NCBI RefSeq assembly: GCF_014643175.1
Contig: NZ_BMJH01000001.1
Span: forward strand, 1,474,209-1,538,208
Direction: 5' to 3'
From: Hoyosella rhizosphaerae
GTDB taxonomy: Bacteria > Actinomycetota > Actinomycetes > Mycobacteriales > Mycobacteriaceae
DNA length: 64,000 bases
Below are positions 29,001-36,412 of the stretch, in pieces (within the stretch, counting starts at the first letter, position 1; each line of letters opens with the position of its first letter). Both the position numbers and the translations under genes were made by a program. The notes beneath the pieces were generated by a model. It did no database searches. It worked only from the letters and a program-made list of their open reading frames with translations, and had not been told where the DNA came from.

Positions 29001-31004
29001 AACGGCATCGCCGATATCGAGTGACGACACAATCTGCGTGACGACACTGAGCCCGTCGGACTGCGCGGCAAGGCGTTCGGTGACTGGTTTCGCTTCCGCG
29101 ACCGACGAGATTGTGTCCGCTTCGTCTATTAGTTCGTCGATGTCTCGGTGAAAGCTGTCGAACGCGTCCTCGCTGCTAAAGAACTCAACCGCGCGGCGTC
29201 CGGAATCGTCCAACGCTTCTTGTAGCTGCTCATCGAGGGTGTCCAATTTGGTGGTATTGACGAATCGGAGATCTCGCAGCGTTACGACGTGGCCTTGCTG
29301 CTTCCGAAGGTCAGCGAGGAGCGTCACCCACCCGTCGGCGGTGCGGGGCGCGCTCCCCCGGCTCATCCTGATGAGTGAGGCAATTTCCTGTTCCGACTTC
29401 TCCACTTGCTGCGCCGCTTGCGCAGTGAGAGCGGATACTTTTTCGAATTCGTCGATGACTCGCTCAGCTGTTGCCCGCAACGCCGAGAGTGGTTCGCCAA
29501 GGTTCCCAAGTTCGGGTTCAGACACCCAATGGTGATTGTCCGCAGTGCGGGCACACGCGGAAATCATGGCCTCAAAAACTGCCGTAGCAGGAGCCATTTC
29601 GTCCACCATGCGGGTGAGTGAAAGACAGTCCGAAATTCCGCGAACAAGTTCAGCGTTGCCGATGCGTTCAAGCGGTCCGGTGCCAACTGGTTGAGCTGCT
29701 GCGTACTCGTCGGACTGGAACGGGGTGTTCCACACCTGCATGGGGTGCACCCTGGTGGGTTCATCCGACACTGCTCGGAAAATCACCAATGTGCCGTCGT
29801 TAAAGAGTGAGTAGCCGTGGCATGGCAGCGGCGTCGCTACCTCTTTGCGAATGACGTTGTACGGCAATAGAAGGGTTCGACCTTCCTTGCGTGCGTGGAA
29901 GACATAAACAACATCTTCCCCGTTGCTCGACCTGATGACGCGTTCGTATTCGAGATCGGCTGTTTCGGTGTCAAAAGTACGAGCAACACCGGTATCGAGG
30001 TAGTACCCGCCCGGGAAGATGATTCCGTGATCTTCGGGGAGCCGACGACATGCCTGCCCAATGCCATCGAGGCGTGCAATGTCATCTGTTCGCGTATTGA
30101 AAACCAGGTAGCGCCATGTTTTTTCGTTGTATGGCTTAATCTTCAGCAGTATCAGCGGGCCGACGGTGGCATAGTGCACATCGGCATCAGCGAGACTCTG
30201 CAAGGGCTCATCGACTGGCTCGCGATATATCCCCTCACCAGATTCGGTGTTGTCTTCAATTTTGATGGTGAGATACCCACCAAGAGTTTCGACGAAGACT
30301 TTGTCCTTGATCGAGATGTGTGGGTGTCGACCGAGTACGTGGTTATCACGTGTGGTTTCGATCCATTCAAAATCATGCTGGGCTGGGAACTGGTGATCCC
30401 GTTCACCGCGATTGTCGTGGTACTTCAAAGTGCCATCGCTGGCAATGTTCCAGCGCAGAACCCTGATGTCTTCGGTACGCGCCCCGGTCTGGAAAACAGC
30501 GAGAAGCTTTCCCTCCACTCGCCGCAATTGCATCAGCCGCGTTTCCCGGTAGTACCGGTAAAGCTCAGAGAAGTGTCGAATAAACGAAGGATCGTCTAGC
30601 AGCCCCGGCGCTTCGTTAGTCGCATCGCTGAAGCTAAAGGTGTCGCCGTCGCGTTCAAAACGGTGAAGCGAGAAAACGTCGCTGATGGTGGTTTCAGGTT
30701 TGAGGCCAATAAAAACGTTGTAGCCAAAAAGCATCACCCCACCGTCGGCAGCACCTTTTGCTGGTAAAGCGACGATGTCACGGGGGATGCAGTTGTTTTC
30801 GGTGCGGATACGTTCGGCACCGACAAGTGAGAAGTCACTGCCACCGAAGACCTCGATCCGGCGCGTGTTGAGCGCCTGAGCGCGGCGTGACAACTCTGCT
30901 GCGTGCTCTGCCAGCCGCCCCCGGAGGACCTCGTACGTGCCACCATCGAGATTCGCGCTGCTCTCGTTGCTGCTGTCCTCGGAGTTGCTGTGTGCCGAAG
31001 TCAT
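26013..31004 (-). CDS. Giant (1663-aa) protein with C-terminal MoxR/AAA_5-like AAA+ ATPase domain, long helical middle region and beta-rich N-terminal region; function unknown
   Basis: ATG at 31004 overlaps the flotillin stop (ATGA). Walker A 'LLLISPPGYGKTTLMEY', Walker B 'NVLLYLDDIQH', and a sensor/arginine region 'FAVCMAGNPYTEQGKRFRIPDMLANRADVWNL' sit near residues ~1330-1480. Residues ~480-1250 are predicted helical and E/R/A/L-rich. The N-terminal ~450 aa are beta-rich. Confidence 0.85.
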   Translation of the reverse strand: MTSAHSNSEDSSNESSANLDGGTYEVLRGRLAEHAAELSRRAQALNTRRIEVFGGSDFSLVGAERIRTENNCIPRDIVALPAKGAADGGVMLFGYNVFIGLKPETTISDVFSLHRFERDGDTFSFSDATNEAPGLLDDPSFIRHFSELYRYYRETRLMQLRRVEGKLLAVFQTGARTEDIRVLRWNIASDGTLKYHDNRGERDHQFPAQHDFEWIETTRDNHVLGRHPHISIKDKVFVETLGGYLTIKIEDNTESGEGIYREPVDEPLQSLADADVHYATVGPLILLKIKPYNEKTWRYLVFNTRTDDIARLDGIGQACRRLPEDHGIIFPGGYYLDTGVARTFDTETADLEYERVIRSSNGEDVVYVFHARKEGRTLLLPYNVIRKEVATPLPCHGYSLFNDGTLVIFRAVSDEPTRVHPMQVWNTPFQSDEYAAAQPVGTGPLERIGNAELVRGISDCLSLTRMVDEMAPATAVFEAMISACARTADNHHWVSEPELGNLGEPLSALRATAERVIDEFEKVSALTAQAAQQVEKSEQEIASLIRMSRGSAPRTADGWVTLLADLRKQQGHVVTLRDLRFVNTTKLDTLDEQLQEALDDSGRRAVEFFSSEDAFDSFHRDIDELIDEADTISSVAEAKPVTERLAAQSDGLSVVTQIVSSLDIGDAVVRTNILERISEVIAGVNRARATVESRRKELLTREGRAEFAAEFGLLGQAITGALAVADTPDACDEQLGRLLLQLENLESRFSEFDDFLDELSTKREDVYEAFSSRKQALLDDRSRRADRLVDSAQRILGSVTRRVSGMDTVDEVNTYFASDPMVAKLRSLAGELRGIGDTVRAEEIDGRIKAARQEAGRALRDRQDLYGAGGDTIKLGRHQFAVNTQAIDLTLVPHTVDGSTAMSFAVTGTDYRSDVGDPEFAATKPYWDQLLVSETPQVYRGEYLASLLLAEAVSAGTVDTLIETAVDDNELSNVVRRAAETRYDEGYERGVHDHDTTRILAEIMRLYAGAGLLRYPPEARAAAQIFWTYGAQSDAQTRWTRRAASLSRARAMFGRTEEIDALAAELATAAQQFIADSELPYSALDTELIGEYLLEELASGTARFVTSVGARTLVDRFHRALGGSAAKSRHDYDADLRALGDDTTARFQLVRAWLSAYLASEGDTEHAHDLAEAIAIEVCGTSTERYESAASLDGTAEPMLGAHPRIASRKLTFRLDELLARTRSFRAHRVPGFRHFQQRRNELVAAERRRLRLDEYKPTVMSGFVRNRLLDEAYLPLIGDNLAKQLGTTGDSRRTDQSGLLLLISPPGYGKTTLMEYVANRLGVVFVKVNGPALGHYVTSVDPADAPNATARQEVEKINFALEMGNNVLLYLDDIQHTNPELLQKFISLCDAQRRMEGVWNGRTRTYDMRGKRFAVCMAGNPYTEQGKRFRIPDMLANRADVWNLGDVLSGKEELFALSYLENALTSNPVLTPLSTRERGDLGLLIRLAQGDTTVQPDQLAHPYSATELDEILAVLQKMIHVQKTLLAVNQTYIASAATAEANRTEPPFQLQGSYRNMAKLAERISPVLNQEELEAIIDDHYLGEAQTLTAGAEANLLKLGELRGRLTDQQQQRWADVKAGYLRAQALGGAEDDPMARAVGAVGLLADRVGGIEAALRANSAE

Positions 31005-33031
31005 GGCTTCTTAGTCGATAGCGGTGTGTCTGCCACCCCAAGCTTCCGGGCGCCCGCGAGTAGTTCTTCGAACTTTGCTTTTTCCGGCCCGCCCGACTTA
31101 ATAAGCTTGGCGAGTAGCGCCGATACAGTGAGGTTCTTGATGTCCTCGGTACCGGCTGCCGAGATTGCTTGCGCCATGTCTTCCGAGAAGCTTTGTGACC
31201 CGTCGAGCCAGTCGTGGCCCAGTCGTTGCGCCACTTCAGAGTTGTTGACGAAACCGTCGACGCTCTTGCCCATAGCGATCGAGCCCATCAGACGGTCGAA
31301 GAAGACGCTTTCACCACCAACAATGCTGATGTTCGCTTCTTTCAGCCCTGCGACCAGCACTGCAGCCTGGTGCTCTGCAACTTGGCGCTGAACATCGATG
31401 CTCGCGAGTTGGATGTCCTTCTCCATCTCCAGCCGAAGACGGTATTCCTCGTGCTCACGGGTGGCAGCATCAAGCTTGGCCATAGCATCGGCCTTCTCCG
31501 TAAGACCTTCAGCTTCGGCTTTGAGCTTTTCGCGGACTGCATCCGCTGAGGCGAGGGCTTTCTCCCGGTCGACCTGCGCTTCCGCACGGCCCACTTTCTC
31601 AATGGCCTCGGCGTTTCGTTCGCGAACCTGGACATCAGCAAGGCCAGAAGCCGCGGTTTCAGCTTGCGTGCCTTCAGCGAGGCGGATCTTTGCGCGGGCT
31701 TCAAGTTCAGCGGATTGCTGCGCTGCCTCTGCGAGGGTGAGACGTTCCTTCGCTTTGTGCTTCGCCGCAACTTCTGCGGCTTCAGCCGACTTGATGTCCT
31801 TGACTAGATTTTGCTGCGCTTCAGCTTCAGCCCGAATGATGATGGCCTGGCGGTCACGTTCAGCCGCTTCCACCGCACGCAGTCGATTGATACTTTCTTC
31901 CTGCTCAGCAACAGTTTTGTCCACTGCAATGCGTTCGCGCATTGCTTCGGAAACCCCACGACGTTCTGTCTCGACCTCTCGGTCTTTCGCGATCCGTTGC
32001 AGTTCCGTCTCACGTTCACGGTTAATTACCTCAAGCAGACGATCCTTCTCAATCCGCTCGGACTCAACGGCAATAACACGTTCGCGGTTCTTCTCCGCAA
32101 CCGCGATTTCGCGGAACTGGTTCTCGGCTTGAACGCCAACCTGCTCGTCGGTGCGGATACGTGCCGTTTCGGACTTGAGGCGCTCTTCGGCTTGAACTCG
32201 CTTCGTCTCAGCTTCTTCGCGCGAAATAACGGTGTTGATTTCACGTTGCTGCTTCGCTTCAGCATCAGCTTGCTGACGCTCTAGTTCGAGGATCGCCTCG
32301 CGGGCTTCTACGTCCTGGCGCTTGATTTCTTTTTCTTCGTTGCGCCGAAAATCGTTCGTGCGAACATTTTCGATGGCCGTAAGCTCAGTGATCTTTCGGA
32401 TGCCCTGCGCGTCAAGAATATTCTTGGCATCGAGCTGCGACATCGGGGTCTGCTCGAGGTAATCGATGGCAGCGTCTTCGAGGCTGTAACCGTTGAGGTC
32501 AGTGCCGATAACCCGGATGATTTGGTCACGGAACTCGTCACGTTTGGTGTAGAGATCTTCAAAATCGAGATGCTTACCAACAGTTTTCAGAGCTTCGGAG
32601 AACTTTGCGTTGAACAGGGTCTGCATCGTATTTTGATCACTCGCACGTTCGGTGCCGATCGCTTGCGCAACCTTAATGACGTCCTCAGCGGTCTTGTTCA
32701 CCCGCACGAAGAAGGTAATACGAATATCCGCACGGATATTGTCGCGACAGATCAGCCCGTCATGCCCAACACGATCAATCTCCATCGTTTTGACGGAGAT
32801 GTCCATCGTTTCGGCCTTGTGGAGGATAGGCAGCACAACAGCACCGGTGAAGGTGACATCGACTGTGCGCAGCTTCGAAATGATGAGCGCGCTGCCCTGG
32901 GGCACCTTTCGGTACATCCGCGTCACCATGAACACCACGGCAAGAACGATGAGTAGGATCGCGGCAAAAACCACGCCCACACTGGTGGCTATCACGTCCA
33001 CAACGGCCCCTTCGTTAAATTTGTCCCGCAA
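31001..33031 (-). CDS. Flotillin / SPFH (band 7) domain protein with extended charged coiled coil (YqiK/FloT-like)
   Basis: N-terminal TM helix, an SPFH core ('...YRKVPQGSALIIS...DISVKTMEIDRVGHDGLICRDNIRADIRITFFVRVN...'), then a ~350-aa E/R/A/K/Q-rich coiled coil and a C-terminal flotillin tail. The start is either TTG 33031 or GTG 33001 (the latter has an AAGGGG RBS). Confidence 0.85.
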   Translation of the reverse strand: MRDKFNEGAVVDVIATSVGVVFAAILLIVLAVVFMVTRMYRKVPQGSALIISKLRTVDVTFTGAVVLPILHKAETMDISVKTMEIDRVGHDGLICRDNIRADIRITFFVRVNKTAEDVIKVAQAIGTERASDQNTMQTLFNAKFSEALKTVGKHLDFEDLYTKRDEFRDQIIRVIGTDLNGYSLEDAAIDYLEQTPMSQLDAKNILDAQGIRKITELTAIENVRTNDFRRNEEKEIKRQDVEAREAILELERQQADAEAKQQREINTVISREEAETKRVQAEERLKSETARIRTDEQVGVQAENQFREIAVAEKNRERVIAVESERIEKDRLLEVINRERETELQRIAKDREVETERRGVSEAMRERIAVDKTVAEQEESINRLRAVEAAERDRQAIIIRAEAEAQQNLVKDIKSAEAAEVAAKHKAKERLTLAEAAQQSAELEARAKIRLAEGTQAETAASGLADVQVRERNAEAIEKVGRAEAQVDREKALASADAVREKLKAEAEGLTEKADAMAKLDAATREHEEYRLRLEMEKDIQLASIDVQRQVAEHQAAVLVAGLKEANISIVGGESVFFDRLMGSIAMGKSVDGFVNNSEVAQRLGHDWLDGSQSFSEDMAQAISAAGTEDIKNLTVSALLAKLIKSGGPEKAKFEELLAGARKLGVADTPLSTKKP

Positions 33032-33046
33032 AAAGTTGGCACTTGT

Positions 33047-33706
33047 TTAAGTAAAGCGCCCCAACGCTGGGTCTCCCATAGCCGGATCCACTGGGCAGAC
33101 CCAAAAGAACTCCCTGTCAAGATCGTAGTCGTACACCAGCGCTGACGCACCGGACCGCAAAAGTCCATGTACTGCATGCTCACGCGACTGCCGGACCTGA
33201 ATGAGCGCGGATGAACCGTCAGGTGAGGTGATCTCCGCTTGCCCAAAATCTGGTGTGACCGTACTGGTGCGAATTATGCAGATTCGACCAACAAAGTCAG
33301 CTCTCGACGGTGGTGGGGTGTGGTGGAAAACGTGCCGCAGCGGTGCGGCGAGCATCCTGGTGATCAACACTCCGGCACCAATGGCAGCGATCAGCACGAC
33401 GAACAATAACGCCGCTAGGCCCCCGCCCGATATGCCGACCGAATCCAGAAAAACGTTTCCAACGATGCTGGTCAGCCACGCAAACACGACGAACAACGAC
33501 AGCGCGACCGTCACCGGAACACCTTCGAGGCCTATGGCCTTCAACGCTCCCCCGCCGTCACCCCCGTCATCCACGGGGTCGCCGTCAAGGAGGTCGAGTG
33601 CGGCCCCGCCGACGAGGACGAGGACCCAATAAACGACGACGACAATCAGGGCAAAAGTAAAAATCACTGCCGGGAAACGCAACGTAGCGTCAAGAAAGTC
33701 ACCCAT
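33047..33706 (-). CDS. NfeD/YqiJ-like membrane protein (OB-fold C-terminus), flotillin partner
   Basis: N-terminal multi-TM region with Gly-rich loops and a C-terminal soluble beta-rich domain ('ICIIRTSTVTPDFGQAEITSPDGSSALIQVRQ') typical of the NfeD short form. Positioned directly upstream of the flotillin as in yqiJ-yqiK / nfeD-floT operons. ATG at 33706; the ORF track has TTG at 33739. Confidence 0.65.
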   Translation of the reverse strand: MGDFLDATLRFPAVIFTFALIVVVVYWVLVLVGGAALDLLDGDPVDDGGDGGGALKAIGLEGVPVTVALSLFVVFAWLTSIVGNVFLDSVGISGGGLAALLFVVLIAAIGAGVLITRMLAAPLRHVFHHTPPPSRADFVGRICIIRTSTVTPDFGQAEITSPDGSSALIQVRQSREHAVHGLLRSGASALVYDYDLDREFFWVCPVDPAMGDPALGRFT

Positions 33707-33835
33707 GCCGCGTGCCCACCCCCTGATTCCCAACACCAAATTGAGCCGTCGCCGTATAGCTGCTCAGCAAAACTGTTCCACAACTACTGTGGTCCCACAA
33801 CACGTACGCGGAAGTCCGTACTGCCTCGAACTGGA

Positions 33836-34357
33836 CTAGTCGTCCCCGTAGTCGCGGACCGGCTTCATAATGTTTGTCGTATTGGTGACAACGCGAATCC
33901 ACAAGTAGGCGAGCGCAAGCGTGGCGCCAAATGCTATGTACAGCGCAACAGAAGGCGTGCGCGCTTGAGGATGGGCGGTGAGTTCAGCCCACAACGCGAA
34001 CATTCCAAACAGCACCCCAAGGCCTTGGGAAAACATCGTCGCCCAGGCTGCGGCCCACCGGTGCGTCACCAACGCAATCAGCGACCCACCGATCCCACCG
34101 ACCACTGCGAGGACAATAAAGATTCGGAGGAAGAAGCTACCCGGAGCGTCAGTGGTCACCTCGGCGGTGAGGATGGTCCACGCTCGCGCCGATTCAGCGA
34201 GCGGAAAGAGCATTGCTACGGCAAGTATCACGACGAGAATCGCGATGGTGACGGCTCTTCCTCCTGTGTTGAACTCACGCTGTACGCGGTGTTCGATCTC
34301 GTCGAAATCGTGTCGGTACGCATCGAACTCATCCGGCATCCCTTGATCGTCCTCCAT
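33836..34357 (-). CDS. Hypothetical small membrane protein (possible first gene of the NfeD-flotillin operon)
   Basis: 4 TM helices after an acidic N-terminus ('MEDDQGMPDEFDAYRHDFDEIEHRV'). Start trimmed to the internal ATG because the ORF track start (34387) abuts the divergent peptidase start. Confidence 0.4.
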   Translation of the reverse strand: MEDDQGMPDEFDAYRHDFDEIEHRVQREFNTGGRAVTIAILVVILAVAMLFPLAESARAWTILTAEVTTDAPGSFFLRIFIVLAVVGGIGGSLIALVTHRWAAAWATMFSQGLGVLFGMFALWAELTAHPQARTPSVALYIAFGATLALAYLWIRVVTNTTNIMKPVRDYGDD

Positions 34358-34389
34358 CAGAACGACACCGGCAACGGGACCCCACACAA

Positions 34390-36381
34390 ATGTCGGCGAG
34401 TGCGGGTATAGATGTAGAAGTGACTAGTGCTGTGAAATCTGGCATCGACTTAGCCCATCGTGATGACTCTGTCCGGCCCCAGGATGATTTGTTCGAATAC
34501 CTGAACGGCCGGTGGCTTGCGGAGCACACTATCCCGGCGGACCGATCGCTCGACGGCGCATTTCGAACACTGTTTGATGCTGCCGAAGAGAATGTCCGCG
34601 CCATCGTGGAAGAGGCCGCTGCCAGCAACGCAGCCCCTGGTACTGATGCCCAACGCATCGGTGACCTATACGCAAGCTTCATGGATACCGAGCTGATCGA
34701 ATCAACCGGACTCGCACCGTTGCATGAAGAATTGTCTCTCATATCCGCAGCTCAGAGCGTCGACGAATTAGCTGGCATCATGGGCCGACTCCAGCGAGAC
34801 GGCACCGGGGGTGCGATCGCTTACTACGTGTATACCGATGCAAAACAAAGCGACCGATACCTCGTGTACCTGTCACAGTCCGGAATTGGGCTTCCAGACG
34901 AGTCGTACTACCGCGATGAAAAGTTCGCCGATCTGCGCGCGAAATACCGGGAACACATTGCCCGCATGTGTGAACTCACAGAAGCCGATGCGGACTCCGA
35001 TGCTGTGTTCGCGCTCGAAGAAAAACTTGCATCGGGGCACTGGGATGTGGTGAAACGCCGTGACGCCGAACTGAGCTACAACCTCTTGACCTGGGACGAC
35101 CTGATTGATCTTGCTCCATCGTTTCCGTGGGCCGACTGGATTACCGGTGTGGGTGGAACAGCGGAGCAGTTTGCTGAGGTTGTTGTCCGACAACCCGACT
35201 TTCTACGCACAATCAGCGCCCTATGGACGTCAGAATCGTTGGACACCTGGAAGTCATGGCTGATGTGGCGCGTGATCAACACGCGTGCCCCTTATCTTCC
35301 CGAAGCGGTTGTTCAGGCGAATTTTGATTTTCACGGCACAACGATGAGTGGGGCGGAAGAAATCCGCTTGCGCTGGAAGCGTGCCGTGTCGCTTGTCGAA
35401 CATTTGCTCGGCGAAGCCGTCGGTAAGCACTACGTTGAACGGCACTTTCCGCCCGGGTCAAAAGAAAAAATGGATGTGCTAGTCAGCAACATCATCGAGG
35501 CTTATCGCCAGTCCATTTCCACGCTCGAGTGGATGAGTCCGCAGACCCGTGAGGCTGCGCTGGAAAAACTTGGCAAGTTCACCCCAAAGGTGGGGTACCC
35601 GGAGGAATGGAAAGACTACTCGGACGTCCACGTTGATCGCGCCGACCTGTATGGGAATGTCCGTCGGGGTTCAGCTGCCGACAACGACCGTGAGTTCGCC
35701 AAATTGGGTGGCCCAGTTGATCGGGGCGAGTGGTTCATGACGCCCCAAACGGTTAATGCCTACTACAACCCCGGTATGAACGAAATAGTCTTCCCGGCTG
35801 CGATTCTGCAACCGCCGTTTTTCGACGCCGATGCTGATGACGCAGCAAACTACGGCGGCATTGGTGCAGTTATCGGCCACGAAATTGGACACGGTTTTGA
35901 CGATCAAGGTTCCAGATACGACGGAGAAGGAAACCTCGTGAACTGGTGGACCGATCAAGATCGTGAAGAGTTTGGTGCGCGCACGGCGGTGTTGATTGCC
36001 CAGTTCAGTGAGTTCGAACCGAAAGAACTGCCCGGCAAAAAGGTGAATGGTGAGTTCACTATCGGTGAAAACATCGGAGATCTTGGCGGGCTGGGGATCG
36101 CGCTGCGCGCATACGAGCTGTCACTCAATGGTGAGGAACCGCCGGTGATTGACGGCCTCACCGGGTTGCAACGAGTGTTTCTAGGATGGGCTCAGGTATG
36201 GCGAACCAAGGTTCGCACCGAGGAAGCGGAGCGGCGCTTAGCAACAGACCCTCACTCGCCACCGGAGTTTCGGTGCAACGGAATTGTCCGGAACCTTGAC
36301 GAGTTTTATGAGGCATTCGACGTAAGCGAAGGTGATGGCTTATACCTACCACCGGAGCAACGCGTGAAAATCTGGTCTTAG
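34390..36381 (+). CDS. pepO: M13 family zinc metallopeptidase (PepO/neprilysin-like endopeptidase)
   Basis: HExxH 'VIGHEIGHGFDDQGS', a downstream 'GENIGDLGG' (ExxxD) and the C-terminal 'W..' motif are characteristic of M13 peptidases. Confidence 0.85.
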   Translation: MSASAGIDVEVTSAVKSGIDLAHRDDSVRPQDDLFEYLNGRWLAEHTIPADRSLDGAFRTLFDAAEENVRAIVEEAAASNAAPGTDAQRIGDLYASFMDTELIESTGLAPLHEELSLISAAQSVDELAGIMGRLQRDGTGGAIAYYVYTDAKQSDRYLVYLSQSGIGLPDESYYRDEKFADLRAKYREHIARMCELTEADADSDAVFALEEKLASGHWDVVKRRDAELSYNLLTWDDLIDLAPSFPWADWITGVGGTAEQFAEVVVRQPDFLRTISALWTSESLDTWKSWLMWRVINTRAPYLPEAVVQANFDFHGTTMSGAEEIRLRWKRAVSLVEHLLGEAVGKHYVERHFPPGSKEKMDVLVSNIIEAYRQSISTLEWMSPQTREAALEKLGKFTPKVGYPEEWKDYSDVHVDRADLYGNVRRGSAADNDREFAKLGGPVDRGEWFMTPQTVNAYYNPGMNEIVFPAAILQPPFFDADADDAANYGGIGAVIGHEIGHGFDDQGSRYDGEGNLVNWWTDQDREEFGARTAVLIAQFSEFEPKELPGKKVNGEFTIGENIGDLGGLGIALRAYELSLNGEEPPVIDGLTGLQRVFLGWAQVWRTKVRTEEAERRLATDPHSPPEFRCNGIVRNLDEFYEAFDVSEGDGLYLPPEQRVKIWS

Positions 36382-36412
36382 TGCAGTGTGCGCCCAGTTT
36401 CTGGGCGCACTA

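Noticed and set aside
31398-32132. 244-aa Ser/Arg/Ala-rich ORF antisense to the flotillin coiled-coil region
   Set aside because: It is an artefact of the GAA/GCG-rich codon periodicity of the coiled coil, with no start context.
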